Assembly (NCBI GenBank): GCA_009914755.4
Contig: CP068257.2
Span: 40,576,001-40,640,000 of the forward strand
Direction of reading: 5' to 3'
DNA from: the human T2T-CHM13v2.0 reference genome, Homo sapiens
Length of the DNA: 64,000 bases
Part shown: piece after piece, positions 1 to 15,125 of the stretch
Layout of the letters: every line of letters starts with the position of its first letter
How positions within the stretch are numbered: the stretch's first letter is position 1
Notes under the pieces: generated by a model
What the model was told of the DNA's origin: nothing
Databases searched by the model: none
Seen by the model: the letters and a program-made list of their open reading frames with translations, nothing else
Program-made: the position numbers and the translations under genes

Positions 1-64
1 AATTACTTATGTGTTATGATCAGAGGAAGTTATGGAAGGATGTTGTTTTGGTCTGCTTGGGGTA

Positions 65-403
65 TGATAGGGTTTGGCTGTGTCCCCACCCACATCTCAT
101 CTTGAATTCCCACGTGTTGTGGGAGGGACCCAATCGGAGGTAGTTGAATCATGGGGGTAGGTCTTTCCCATGTTGTTCTCATGATAGTGAATAAGTTTCA
201 CGATATCTGATGGTTTTAAAAAGGAGAGTTTCCCTGCACAAGCTCTCTTCTCTTGTCTGCCGCCATGTGAGACGTGCCTTTCGCCTTCCACCATGATTGT
301 GAGGCCTTCCCAGCCATATGTAAGTTCATTAAACCTCTTTCTTTTGTAAATTGCCCAGTCTCACGTATGTCTTTATCAGCAGCATGAAAACGGATTAATA
401 CAG
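65..403 (+). mobile_element. Solo THE1-family (MaLR) LTR
   Basis: Begins TGATAGGGTTTGGCTGTGTCCCCACCCACATCTCATCTTGAATTCCCACGTGTTGTGGGAGGGACC and ends ...GCATGAAAACGGATTAATACAGG. This matches the THE1 LTR consensus end to end as I remember it. Confidence 0.8.
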
Positions 404-2626
404 GATGCTATAACACAACAGCATACAGTGGGTGGCTTAAACAACAGAAATTTATTTCTTACAGTTCTGGAGGCCACAGCCTTAGTGTTCTCTTCTGAAC
501 ATGGCTTCTCATTTTTTACAACATAGATAGGCTGAGATTTTTCCAAATCTTTAAGTTCTAGTTCTGTTTTGCTTAGCAATTCTTTCTTCAATCCATTATC
601 TTTTCTCACATTTCACTATAAGCAGTCAGGAGGAACCAAGCCACTCCTTCACGACTTTGCTTGGAAATATTCCCAGCTAAAGATCCCATTTCATCTTTTA
701 CAAGTTTCACCTTCCACAAAACACTAGAACAGGAACACATGTCAGCCCAGTTTTTTGCTACTTTATAACAAAGATCACCTTTCCTCTGCTGTCCCACGCC
801 ATGTTTCTCATTTCCCCCTGAGACCTCACCCACATGGCCTTTGGTATTCCTACCAGCATTCTGCTCATGGTTGTCTGTGTGTCCTCTGAGATGATGAATG
901 CTTTCCCTCCAGCTCTCCTCTCCCCTTTCTGAGCCCTCAGCAAACTGACTTTAGTGCTTCCTTCACAGCTATCTCAGCTTTTTCTAGCATGGACCCCCAA
1001 ACTCTTCCAGCCTCCACTCATCACCAAGCTCCAAAGCTGCATCCATATTTGTGGTTCTTGGTTACAGCAGCATCCCACTCCTCAGGGCCACTTTCTGTCT
1101 CAGTCAGCTTAGGCCGCCATGGGGACTGGGTGGCTCAAAAGCAACAGGCTCCCAGTTCCAGAGCCTGGGAAGTGTGAGATCAGGGTGGTGGCAGGGTCAG
1201 GGTCTGGTGGGGGCCCTCTTCGTGACTGGCCAACAGAAGACTTCTTGCTGTGTCTCCCATGGTTAGGGTTGAGAGAGCATGAACATGCTGGTGTCTCTCT
1301 CTTTGTATAGGGCACCAATCCAAACATGAGAGCCCCACCCTCGTGACCTTATCTCCTCCCCAATGCAGCACCTCCAAATACCACCACATTGGAAATCAGG
1401 GGTTCAGCACGTGGATTTTGGGAGTCCATAGCAGAAATACACCCAATTTTTAAGTATCTGATACGTGCATTGGGAGTGAAAAAGGCTAGAAGCATTGTTT
1501 CATATATCTTTATTTTGTTATAATTTATCCTATTTTTTCGAAAGAGATCTTCCGCTTCTTTTTGTTTTCTGAATAATTTGGTCCTAAAGTCATGAGATGG
1601 GCTGAGCAGGATAGGGTTCTATTCTGGCATGGACAGGGCAGTACCCTGAGTCAGAGGAGGTGCAGGAGTTTGAGCAGGGTGAGGGTCGTGCTCATGGAGG
1701 GGAGGCCTGGTGTAGAGGTGAGAGCTGGGGGAGATTGGGAGGCATCCTTTGGTGGGGGCAGCTGACTCAGATTGTATGTACCCCAGCAGGGGCAGGTGGG
1801 TACCCCACAGGGGGGCTGAACGCTGCAGCTCATGTCTATTCCTTATGTCTTTCAGGGTTCACCCAGGGCCCGAAAGCTTGTGTCTGGACCATTGAGAAAG
1901 ACAACTGGACAGTTCTATGTGGATACGAACATGCAGGAGGAAGTCCATGCTTCCTAGCACAGGCCCTAGAATCAGAGTAAACGAGGTCAGAAGTCAGCTG
2001 CCCCACTGGCTGTGTGCCCTAGACAAGCCAGGGGCTCCTCTGTGCCTCAGTTACCTCACCTGGAAAATGGGAATCACTTTGGAGGGACCAACTTGTCCTG
2101 GTTTTAGCACTGAAATTCCCACTTTCCAGGAACTCCTCTCCCCTCCTTCCCAGTCCTGGCAAAGCCACCCTAAATAATCCCCACAGTGCTAGGCTGCGCT
2201 GAGAGTAAAGTGCTGAGCGCGGGGCAGTCACTTGGTAACAGGTAGTTACTGCTTTCATAATAATGGAAGCAGTTTACAGACATCTGCTTGGGAGAAAGTA
2301 TGAAACTGTCCACCACCCACAGTCTGGAACTGCTAGGCTTTTAGTTTGTGGAGGCCTCGCCGACTGTCTCCTTCTCTTCTGCAGTTAGAGAAGGGCTGCA
2401 GGAGTGTTAGCAACAACTCAGCCAGAAAGAGAAACCAGTGTATTTCCTGTGATCAAGTCACACAGCCTAGGCTGCAACAGCGAGACAGCCAGTAGTTAAG
2501 AAGTTGGCTCTAAGACTGAGCAACCAGGAAGAGCTTTGGCTGTGGGCTAAGATGGAAACCACGAGCGGAAGTCAGACATAGCCCAGGGAGAAGGGGGCTG
2601 GGCGAGGCATTTACTCATTTAGAAAT

Positions 2627-2730
2627 CTATCATCTCTCTCTCTCTGCCTACCTATCTATGTATCTATCATCTATCTATCTCTTTATCTATCTGTTCATCA
2701 TTGATTCATTCCTTCCTTCATTCAAAAAGA
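2627..2730. repeat. Simple repeat, (TCTA)/(ATCT)-rich with a (TC)n run
   Basis: atctatcatctctctctctctctgcctacctatctatgtatctatcatctatctatc... Confidence 0.7.
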
Positions 2731-3192
2731 TGTCCTACATATGGTTGCTTCATATTGGTTGAGCTCAGTTATGTTGCTAAAAAGATTTTTTTTTCAATTT
2801 AAGAGGCATGGACATTTTGCAGTGGATTTCAGTGGAAAGTTGATGTTTGTGGGTTCAGAAGTCAGTCCTTCCCACACGAGCTCCAGGCCCAACACTTGCA
2901 TCTGCTGGGAAGCAGGTTGCAAGCCCTGTGAATGCTTCCGGGACAACAGTTCCCTGTCTCAGCCTCTGATATGAGCTGTGCCATGGTGCACACTCTTGCA
3001 ATGGGGTGGCACGAATATCGCAGTCAGCCAAGATCCTCTGCTATCCTAGAATTCCCAGGAAACTCCCCTTGAGAGCTTTAATCATTTGTTTGCCCTTCAA
3101 TAACTGCTTATGGAGAAGTTCCCAGACTCACTGACACCTATCATTTTAGGGGACAGTTATGAATGAAAAACACTTTAAATTGACAATGATTG

Positions 3193-3517
<325 letters not shown>

Positions 3518-6500
3518 TTATAATACATCTTTTAAATTATGTTGTAAATCAGTTGACAATATATTATTTAATGTCCCAAAATATATTAGTGTCTATACAA
3601 CTTTGAAGAGTTATGAAGTATGGCAACATAAAATTGCAGAAGCAACTCAAGTGCAATATACAGTGGCTGTAAATATACTTCGTAGCTAAGTTTTTCTGGA
3701 CACGGAAGTGGGAAACATTCAACTTTTTAAAACTAGTGATTTCAGCTCTCTAGACTAGACTTAATTTTGTGTACAGAAAACAAAACCTTTTCCCCAGAAC
3801 ATGACTGCCTGCTTTTTCCCTGACATTGCATAGATGCCATTTGGCATAGAACATTTTTAGATTTATGTGCCCAATTGTAGAATCCTTGACAAATAATGCT
3901 TCTGGTATGGACTTCTGAAAATGACCCCAGTGTCAGCTTGCATTTAAGAGCACATTTTTCCATGGGGAATTCTAAAAGTATGGCAGGTACTGACTTTCCC
4001 AGTGAAGATGTGGCCAGGGTTGGCAAATTCCCAGCACAGTGTCCCTGCCCCGTTCCGTGGCAGACATCACTAATCAATCAGAGCCTCAGGCCCCGCTGAG
4101 TGTGGGCTTGGCTCCACAGGAATTAAGGCAGTGACAGCCGTACTGGCAGATCGGACTGGGCATGTAAGATGAACCCGAATGGCCTCCTCCTCAGGTGAGA
4201 TACTTTGTGCTGACGGGAGCTCTATTGGTGTTCGCTTCATCAGCCCTTGCTACACAGTTTAGAAGCCATCGGAGCTCTCAAGTCTCAACCCTCAGAAATG
4301 ACTGTGTTAACCAATATCCTGTCATCTCCATCTCACCTCCTCGGCCCTGGGGTTGTCCCCCTGGCCAAGAACCACCCTGTAGGTGATGCTGGGCCATACT
4401 TGCCCCTGCACAAAACCCCGCCTGGATCCCAGTGGATTCCTCAGCACCTGTGTGGCTGTGGCATGTGGGCTTCCAGAGATCTTGTGTGAAGGGAAGACCA
4501 AGCCTATAGCCCTGGAGGCCAGGGGCCAAATTTGGAATATTTTTCCAACACCCACAGTGTTGCAGAGCTCTCTATACTGAGTCCTACAGTTTGGTACCAT
4601 GAGGAATTACAGTGAGGCAATCTATTTACAAATGAAACAAAAACAGGCTTTTATGGACTGGCCTGGGAACCTCACCCTTGCACAGATGGGAAAATGCATT
4701 CTCACTGCTGAACAATAAGCCCACGAAAGCACTGGCTCGCCTGGGACTGCCAACACGGGATGGTGTGCGCTGCCTACAGACCAGAGAAGTGGACAGTGGC
4801 GCCTGCCGCAAGCTGCTGGGGCACCCGCTGCAGAGCTGCGGCTGAGGGGGAGGTGGGCTTTTAGCCCCAGCAACTTTAAAGATCCTGTCTCCAGTGCTCC
4901 ATCAGGTTTTATAAAGAGATCTGAATATTCGAAATTTTTAAGTTAAGATTTCGATGGTTTCTAAAGACAAAACCTTTGCTATCAGGGCACATTTGTACAC
5001 AGGGCCCCCAGTCTGACTTTTAAAGAGCGCAGCCAGGAGCCAGGAAGGCTGAAACGGAATCACACTGTTAGTCCCTGGCCGCCTCTGGCTCTGCTCTGCT
5101 GGAAGGGCCCTGCCCACTGTCCTGAGGAGCTCAGGATCTCATGGGTTCCAGGTAGCAGGTGAGCTTTCTGTGGCCCCATACACCAGGTGTTCCATGCCAC
5201 CTTGTGCAACCCACTCCACTCAGCTCCGCTTTCCATCCCCAGACCCCCTGCCATCAGCTGGAGACCTGAAGGTAGGGAACAGCTGTCCACATCCAGCGGT
5301 GACTGTGGGAGGTTCACAGCACACTGAGGAGGAGCATTCATCTAGACCCCGAGCTGTCCAACTTACTGCCTTTGAAACCCTCTGAACCCTGGGGAGGCAC
5401 TGACTAGCTTTGCTTTTCTGTCCTCTCGGCTCCCATGAGGCACAAATGGCCTTTCGGTTTTCCTGCAGCCACTGGGACTGTCCCAGCTATGTGGGCAGCA
5501 CCTGGACTGTCTTGGTGAGCAGATTTGAGATTTGGTCAACAACAGTCTGTGATTTCTATCAAATGGCAGCCTACTACACACATATGCCTTTCAACTCCAG
5601 CTACATGAGATATTTTTATGTGGTTTTTCCATTTTCCACATCCTGCAATTATTTAATAGGTGTTGTGGCTGTAAGATTCTGCCGCTGACAGTTGGGAACC
5701 TCTTAGGAGCCCTCTTCCCGTGTTGGGGAGCAAAATGCTCTGCCCCAACGTGACTTTCTATGTTAGTTTTGACGGCGCTATTTCATTTTCTGTCCCAGCT
5801 CATGCTTACCTGGCCTGCTGTGGACAGGCCTCATCCTAGCAGCTGCTTCTCTGTAGAAAACACACAATAAACATCCCACTGCCAACAGCAGCGTACATCC
5901 CAGAACTCATCGGCCACCGGAGCCTGAGACATTTGTTAACATGACAAGGCCAACGGCAGTGCAGAAAGTGAAAATCTTTGAGGAAGCAGGTGCGGCCAGT
6001 CTGCATTCGTCTCAAGCCCTCCCAAGTTTACAAATGAAATCATGAAGGAGCCCAGTTCTCTCCAAGTATAAGCTCCCAGGAGAGGGGTTCCCACTAGGGG
6101 CTATATCTAAAATGGGTCATTGTTCTTGCAGACAAATTCGCCTGCACTGTCCAGTAAAACAGAGGGGCATACATTCCAGGCGTGCCTTCACACATCACTG
6201 TGGCTCGTAGCCACGTGTCAATGTGGTTCATAGCCACTCCCGCTCACTAAATCACACTGCCTGGGCAGGTTCTCCAAAGATCAGAATATGGAAGGGCAGC
6301 ACAGCCGGCCTCAGGGCAAAGCAGTGAAGCACTGGGCCCTGTGTTCGCTGTCTTTGGACCTGGCTGTCCCCTTCTTCCCTCACGCACCCTCTCCCCACAC
6401 CTATTGTACAGAAACCACCATGTGTGACAATTTGTGACCTGTTTTCCCTGTTCCCACACCACCCCCTCTGCCTGCCTACGGTCAAATCCAATTCCCCTGG

Positions 6501-7375
6501 CTTCCTTCTTCGTGTTCCTATTCCCAAACCCTTCTCCCTTTTTTTTTTTTTAACACCTTTCCAGTTTCTCTTTTTGGAAGTGGGCCAGAGTCAGCGATCA
6601 GGGCAGCTCTTTCTGTGAATTGAAAAGGACAGGTGCGTCAAGCCGGTGTAGATTTGCTAGACTCCCCACAGGGTCCTTCTTCAAACCCCTCCTTATTTTT
6701 ATTAAGAAGAAAAATCCCCCACATCTCAAGCTCTCCCTTTCCCAGCTTCAGCCTGCCCTGCCCACCGAAGGCATTTGCAGTTACCCTGCTCTCTCCTGGG
6801 CTTTCTCCCTGGCTCCTGCCCAGAATATTCTAGAATATAGACTCCAGGAGGACTAGAAAAAGCAACTCAGTGGTTTAAAAAAGACTGCTTTGGAGAATGA
6901 CATCTTTAATGCTAAAAACGCTAATTGTCATTAACTTCATTATCTTCGTTATTCTTTATTCATCAAGTTCTTTACATGGAAAGGACCATGTTTCCTCCAG
7001 GACTCGTAGCTGACACCACCCCACCCCCCATTAGACAGCTTCCTCCACTGCTGCCAGAATGGCTTTAAATGGCAGAACACAGTTCCACAGCACACAGCAC
7101 AGCTTGAATACAAACGCCCCTGAGAGGAGCGAGGGCCAAACAGCTGGTCTCAGATGCCAAGAGCAGGTTCTGAAAGGTAAGGAGAGGATGACTGAGCTCA
7201 AGGACACCAAAGATGCAGAGGGGTGGTGACCAGAGGAGGTCCCCGCAGGAGGCTCCAGGGGGGCCCTCAGAGACACAGCTCCTGCCCTTCCCAGCATGGC
7301 CCAGGGTGCTCCAGCAGGGTGAAGCCCCCGCGGGTAAGCCACTCCCTTGCCTGTCATCATCCCAGCCAGCCACCA

Positions 7376-7417
7376 CGCCACAGTCTCCACGCCACAGTCT
7401 CCACACCACAGTCTCCT
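7376..7417. repeat. 13-bp tandem repeat x3 (gccacagtctccac)
   Basis: ccacgccacagtctccacgccacagtctccacaccacagtctcc. Confidence 0.5.
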
Positions 7418-8112
7418 TGCTGTTTTGTGGTTCTCAGACCTGTTGAGCTTTCAGCAGAGCAAGAAAATAGTCTGCGGCGTATTTTTCAGAGTGAATCATT
7501 TCTTATCCTGTGGTTCATCAGGAAAAAACAAAGCAAAACCCTCATCCTCATGTCCTCGTGGCCTGAGCTCATACACAAATCCTGCCTGCAATGACCTCAG
7601 ACTGCACCAGCAGGTGAGGCCGGCAGTGAGGGCAGCCTGATGGGCTTAGACCAGCAGACCAGGTTAGGAAAGCAGATGGCCCCTTGCAGCAGGGGTGCAA
7701 AGCCCCTGAGGTATGTGTGCAAGGGGACTGGCAAAGCGTTGTGAAAGAGACGGAGGACACTGACCATCAGCGTTGCCACCTCCAGTGGCTCAGGACTGAC
7801 CCGAGGCATGGCTCTCAACTCTGGTCACCCACTGGAGTCCCCTCTTCCTGGATCCCACACCCCAAGCTCCTGCCTTATGGGTCAGGGGTGACAGTCACTC
7901 CCCAGGTGATTCTACAGGGCAGCCTGGCTTCAGAACTGTGATGGCATCACACTCAGTCACTGTGCAAGAGGCAGGGAGGCCTGGCCAGTCTGGGTGGGGC
8001 TGGAGGGTTAGGTGTTCATGACAGATGGGGAGGGAGTTGGCACGCTCTGCCAGGGCTGACGTTACGATGATACCATTTTCAAGAAGGAATACAGAAGTGA
8101 TGTGGGCACTTA

Positions 8113-8479
<367 letters not shown>

Positions 8480-10860
8480 TCAGAATGTGGCCAGTGTGTT
8501 GGGCAAACTCTGGATGATTCTTGCACACATTCAGTTTCAGGTGTTCTCTGTCTGGGAGGCAGACTTGAATCGCCTGGGAAGATGCCCAGTCTCACCCCAT
8601 CAGAATCTCTGAGGGATCCCAGGCTGTGGGCCTTGCCATAGGCAGGAGGTGGGGCATGGAGTTAGATCATCGGGAAAGGGCTGCGGGGAGGGATTCCGGG
8701 AGCTGGAGACCCCCTGGGCCAGGTCCCTGCAGGGGAACAGGAGGTGGATTTGAGAAGAAGGACACTGCATACCTGGGGCTGGAGAGGCACGTGCCATCAT
8801 CCCAATGCCTGAGGCAATGGAGCAAAGGGAAGGAAGGGACATCCCTCCGCTCCCCACGTCTGTGATGCTGTGGCTGGGCTCACAGGTGCTGGGAATGCCC
8901 CATCATCACACTCAGCTGCCACACAGGAAAGGACAGTGGCTTGAATAGAGAACAGAGACCCTCAGTGTTTGGCCCTCCACCTCTCAGGAGTGAATCAAGC
9001 ACACCTAAAACGAGTTAATGTGGCTGGAGGCACTGATCACCCCCAGGCAGCCCCACACTCAGGCCTTTCCCACCCGAGGCACTCGTTAGAGGCGCTGGCA
9101 GCCTCAGCTGCCCCGGCTGGAGAAGCCACAGGAGCCAGCCAAGGGCAGGCGCTGCAGGAGCATGGGCGGATGACACCGATGATGGGCTTCATGGAGATGC
9201 CTGCAGACAATGCCAGCAGCTAAGGGAGCCGCACTGATCTCAGGCTGCAGGAAAGGTGCTGTCTCAGAAGTGGGTTCTGCTCTCCTCTGAGGGGCTCAGG
9301 CCCCTCAGGAGAGCTGGGGGTGGGGGAGTCACAACTTCTTATGGGGGGAGCTGAGAAATCCAAGTGCACCCAGAGGTAGGTGGCCAGAGAGCAGTGGCTG
9401 AAGGGCGTGTCCTGCTGGATGTGGATGGGCTGATTCAAGAAAATGATGAAAACAATTTTTATGTGTAGACCTGATTTGCCCAAGACAGGTTCCCAAGTCG
9501 TTTGTGGAAAAGGAAAGGCACCCCCTGACTGTCAGTCACAGGCCGGTGACCTCACCACTGTTTGGGTGATTGCATTGCTGTTATTATAGACGGGTTGCAA
9601 CATTCAGCTCCTGGCCTGGTTCCTGGAAATGGCATGCTGGGGACCCTAAGAAATGATGCACACGTGGGAAGACAAAGCTGACCCCAGCAGCAGGCTGTGG
9701 GTGAGAGGCAGCGCAGCTGTGGGAGGCCAGCCTCACCTCCTCCCCTCTGGAAACAGCTGTGTGTTCAGGGGCCATGCTCCAGAGAAGGAAGTGAGCAGCC
9801 AAAGACTGGGAAGTAATGCTTGTAAATATGCTAAAAACAGAAGAAAAGATGGACATGAGGGGTGCAAAGAGAGAGCATCCCAGTGGAGAACTGGAATCTG
9901 CAAAAGTCACCAATTAACATTCCAGAAGCACAAATAACTATTTGACATGAGGGTATTGCAGATGGCTTTAAGAGCAGGCTGCATCTAGCCGAACATAAGA
10001 TTAATATGCTTCAAGATGGATCAATAGAAAACATCCAAAGCAAATCATGGAGAGAAAAAAATGGTAGAAACAGAACATTATGTTGATATAGTCAATGCCA
10101 ACACAGGTGTGACTGGAGTCCTGGAGAAAGGGGGAGAGTGGGGAGGGAGAGGGAGGGAGAGAGACAGGGAGATGCAAGATTTGAAGAAATAATAGATAAA
10201 TATTTTCTAAATCTTATGAAAGACAGCAACCCACAGAGTCAAGAAATTAGATCCAAGCCAGATGAATAAGTTCTTAAAGGATTATACTCAGGCACAACAT
10301 AGTCAAACTATCTCTAAACAAATCTATCAACTGTTATCATTAATAAATAATCTTAGAAAATTCACTAAAATGTGAAAATTAAACAGTATTCTCTTAAATA
10401 AACGATAGTTCAAAGAAGAAATCACAAAGGAAATTGGAAAATACTTTAAAATGAATGAAAATAAATAGAAACACCACATACCAAAAGGTCCAGGATGCAG
10501 CAAAAGCAGCACTGAGAGGCAAATCTATGGCTGCCAATGCCTGTATTTAAAAAAAAATCTCAGATAAATAACCTAAACTTCCTCCTGAGAACCTAGAAAA
10601 AGGAGAGCAAGCTAAACCCAAAGCAAGCAGAAAGAAGGAAATAAAGATTAGTACAGAAACAAGTGATCTTAGCAAGGTTGCGGGCTATAAAGTCAATATA
10701 CAAAGGTCAATACTATTTTTTATAGACTAACACCAAACATTTAGACAGCAAGACTAAAATATATCATTTACAATGAGATAAAAAATATTAAATACTTAAG
10801 AATAAATACAACTCAAGATGAACAAGAACTCAACCCTGAAAACTTTAAAAATCTGCAGAG

Positions 10861-11155
10861 AGCTGGGCCTGGTGGCTCACGCCTGTAATCCCAGCACTTT
10901 GGGAGGCCAAAGCAGGCAGATCACTTGAGCTCAGGAGTTTGAGACCAGCCTGGGCAACATGGCAAAACCTGGTCTCTACTGAAAGTACAAAAAATTAGCC
11001 GGGTGTGGTGCACGTCTGTAGTCCCAGCTACTTGGGAGGCTGAGGTGGGAGGATCACCTGGGCCCAGGAGGTTGAGGCTGCAGTGAGCCGTGATTGCTGT
11101 ACTCCAGCCTGGGTGACAGGAGTGTGACCCTGTCCCAACAAAACAAAACAAAACA
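10861..11155 (+). mobile_element. Alu inserted in L1
   Basis: gctgggcctggtggctcacgcctgtaatcccagcactttgggaggccaaagcaggcagatcacttgagctcaggagtttgagaccagcctgggcaacatggcaaaacc... Confidence 0.95.
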
Positions 11156-11872
11156 CTGCAGAGATAAATTTTAAAAGACAAATAAATGGAGAGCTATTCT
11201 ACATTTATGGATCAGGACATTTAATGTGTTAAGATATCATTTCTCCTCAAATTAATCTATGAATGTGGCGTAGTCAAAACCCCAGTATGCTTGTTTTCTT
11301 CTTTCTCTCCTGCTCCCTTTTTTGAAGACAATTGACAAGGTGATTCTAAAATTTATACAGAAATAACATCCAGAACAGCCAACACAACCTTGAAGAAAAT
11401 TGGAGAACTTACACTATCATATTTCAAAACTTAGTTAAAAACTACCGTAATTAAGATGGCGTGGTGTTGGTACAAGTACAGATAAACAGAGCAGTGGAGA
11501 AGAACAGATGGTTCAGAGATTTACCTTCCTCCCATATACGGCCATTGGTTACATCAAAGAGCCAGTGCAATGAAGACAGGAGGGCGTTTTCAATCCCTAG
11601 TGCTGGAGACACTAAGAAAGCATTTGGAAAAAATGCACCTTTCAGCCTACATAGAAATTAATTCAAGATGCATCATAAACTTAAATCTGAAAATGAAAAC
11701 AGTGCTGCTTCTAGAAGAAAGCAAATAAATGTATTTTCATATTCTTCATTTCTTCAGAGATTTCTTAAAGAAAACACACACATACTAACTATAAAAGTGA
11801 TTAGATTTCATTAAAACTAAGAACTTCTGTCATCAAAAAACAAAGACGAAAACTGACATCATTACAAAATTA

Positions 11873-12277
<405 letters not shown>

Positions 12278-14149
12278 CTACAAACCAATACTAAAATCAA
12301 AACAATACAACTTAAAAAAAATGAAGTGGCACATCATTAATCAGTACAGAACAGCAAATTAAAGCCTTGATGATATGATCATCACATTCCAATCAGAGTG
12401 GCTACATTTTACAGAAACTGACAGTGCAAAGTGAGGGCAAGCACGTGGAGCCACTGGAACTCTCACATTGCAGGCAAGAGTATAAGTCGGTAAAAATTTG
12501 GAAAACTGGTTGATAGCATCCACTAGCATTAAGCACATTCTTGTCCCATAACCTGGCAATTTCTCTGGTAGATTTCACTCAACAAAAATGAATGTTTGTA
12601 TCCACCAAGAGACAGATACAAGAATGCTAGTGGCAACTTTATTTATAATAGCCCCAAACTGAGAACAACCCAAATGTCCACCAATAGGAGAATGAAAAGA
12701 TACTCTCTCACATAAAAGAGTAAACTATGGACTCAAGCACTAACGTGCATGAATCACAAAAACATATGAATGAAAGAAGCCAGACACAAAGTAGTAATAC
12801 TGTATTCCAATTATATAAAGATCAAGAATAAACAAAGCTAATCTATGGTAATTGAAGCCAGAATAATGTTTACCTGTAGAGACAGTAATTGGTTAGGAAA
12901 TGGAAGAGGAACATTTTTACACAATGCAAATGGTCTATATCAGGATCTGGATGGTGAATGTACAGGTGCATAGACATGTAATATTCATCAGACTTTACAG
13001 AAAGATTTGTGCACTTTACTTAAAAAGCAGTCCTTACAGGAAGGAAAAAAAGGGCAGCTTCTGGAGCCACACCCACCTGTTTTGACTCTGGAATTGGGTA
13101 CTTTCTTGCTGTGACCTTGAGCAAGTAAAATAATCTGTGCCTTACTTCCCCACTGTGAATAATAACAGTGTCTGGCTCATGGAGCTGTGATGGGGATTAA
13201 GTGAGTTAATGGATAGACTTCTCAGCACAGAGCACCTAATACAGCCTTCATTCCATTCGTCCTTGTTACCAGGTTTCTGCTAAGCTCCCTTCCAGGGCTG
13301 AGATCTCAGAGGCTTCACCAGCTCACTTTCCCCCACTTTGCTGCAATAATCATTGGCTAGAGGTATTGTGATATGATGTCATTAAAGTTAATCTAGACGA
13401 AAATTTGATTTACCTAAAACTATTACACTGTAGACCTGGAGGAATTTCAGTTTTTGCCGTAATTGTTTTCAATGTGTGTTATAAAAAATAAATTCCACTA
13501 TGTTCACGAATGTACAACTTATAATCTGACCAAAAGTGAGAGATGGGTAGATTTTCCTACTTGGGTCCTTCTGTGGACAGGTACTAGGTGCTGCTTTACG
13601 CCCAGTGACTTGTGAGGGAACAGAACTGCCCTTTAGTAACCCTGCTCACTTCCTGTTTTCTGCAGTAACAATTACATTAGGCAATATTATTACACATGGA
13701 ATTGCATCATGCTGATTTTAAAACAATCCTCCCTGTAGCATTACACAGACACTGAATCATCATTTGTAGTTTGGGGGGCTTTACATGCCTGCAGTGGTGA
13801 AAACTGAAATTTTGTCCCACTTAAGGGAGTTTCTTCTTCCCTTTATTAATTGCAAAATAAATATATGTCACTTCAGAGGGCAGCAGCTGGACTACCTATG
13901 TTTGTGGGTAAGTCACTGACAAAATGCTTTCTAGTAAGAAAATATCTTTAAATATAAATGTATGGAATAAGTGTAATTAACTAGATGTAGATTAAGAAAA
14001 ATGTAAGCCACATCTCCTAGTTCAGGCAGCAATCATTTGTGACTTAAACTGTGATGTAAAGTATCTGTGACCTATACCAGTCAGACACCAAATATTGGTG
14101 AGCTGCCTGGATTTGGGAGATGCAGTGAGAATGAGTCAGAGCCCACGAC

Positions 14150-14420
14150 ATGAGGGAGAGAAAGGGGGACCCTGAGGACTTGGGGTCCGGTGTGAGGATC
14201 CTGCACTCGGTTTCTGTGATGGTGTGTGCAGGGGAGTCACAAGTTCAGGTGGGCCTGTGGCAGGGCTGCCCATGGCCCCTGGTGAGCATGTGCGGCCAGC
14301 CGGGCCATGGGGGTGAGGCCGGCTTGGTGGCTTGGATTGCCTACTCCTCTGCAGGGTCCCAACGGGTTTCTAGATCCCTCCAGAGAAGCCTTTGGGTACA
14401 TCCCATGGCTTCCCAGCCTC
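14150..14420 (+). repeat. Copy of an unresolved interspersed repeat, with an inverted homologous copy at about 29130..29420
   Basis: The + ORF here (…GDPEDLGSGVRILHSVSVMVCAGESQVQVGLWQGCPWPLVSMCGQPGHGGEAGLVA…) parallels the - ORF at 29222..29434 (…GHTEDLASGVRILPLVLVRVGAGESHVQVGLWWGDPLSLVSFCNQPGHWGETGLVT…). The - ORF here matches the + ORF at 29024..29320. Confidence 0.5.
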
Positions 14421-14654
14421 CCCCTCTCAGCCTGTGAAGAAGAATTCTGATCAAGTGTTGGGCATGAATACAGTCTTCCTGGAAGTGTGGGGCTTTGATT
14501 TGCAACCTTTTTACGTGCAGTCTTCATATATCAGGGGTCCCCAAACTTTTTGGCACCAAGGACTGGTTTCACAGAAGACAATTTTTCCATGGTTTGGGGG
14601 TGGGGTGGAGGGATGCTTTCGGGATGATTCAAATGCAATACTTTTATGTTGCAC

Positions 14655-14946
14655 TTTTTTTTTTTTTTTAGACGGAGTCTCCCTCTGTTGCACTGGAGTG
14701 CAGTGGCATGATCTCGGCTCACTGCACCCTCTGCTTCCTGGGTTCAAGTGATTCTCCTGCCTCAGCCTCCTGAGTAGCTGGGACAACAGGCATGCACCAT
14801 GACGCCCAGCTATCTTTTGTATTTTTAGTAGAGATGGGGCTTCACCATGTTGGCCAGGCTGGTCTCGAACTCCTGACTTCAAGTGATCCACCTGCCTCGA
14901 CCTCCCAAAGTGCTAGGATTACAGGCATGAACCACCACGCCTGGCC
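14655..14946 (-). mobile_element. Alu
   Basis: tttttttttttttttagacggagtctccctctgttgcactggagtgcagtggcatgatctcggctcactgcaccctctgc...ggattacaggcatgaaccaccacgcctggcc. Confidence 0.95.
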
Positions 14947-14984
14947 TACTGTGTTTTTTGTATTTTGTTTTATTCTTATTTTAT

Positions 14985-15125
14985 TGTTTTTCATTTTTCT
15001 TACGTCCCGAGGTACATGTGCAGGATGTGCAGGTTTGTTACATAGGTAAACGTGTGCCATGGTGGTTTGCTGCACCTATCAACCAACCACCTAGGTGTTA
15101 AGCCCAGCATATTGTGCTTTTTTTT
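14985..15125 (+). mobile_element. L1 3'-end fragment
   Basis: ggtacatgtgcaggatgtgcaggtttgttacataggtaaacgtgtgccatggtggtttgctgcacctatcaacc resembles the L1 3' region (GGTACATGTGCACAACGTGCAGGTTTGTTACATATGTATACATGTGCCATG...). Confidence 0.5.

Noticed and set aside
404-1450. Non-Alu repetitive-looking sequence downstream of the first LTR (…ggcaccaatccaaacatgagagccccaccctcgtgaccttatctcctccccaatgcagcacctccaaataccaccacattgg…)
   Set aside because: It resembles sequence seen in many human loci, probably old LTR or MER internal sequence, but I cannot assign a family or boundaries from memory. It is left unannotated rather than guessed.
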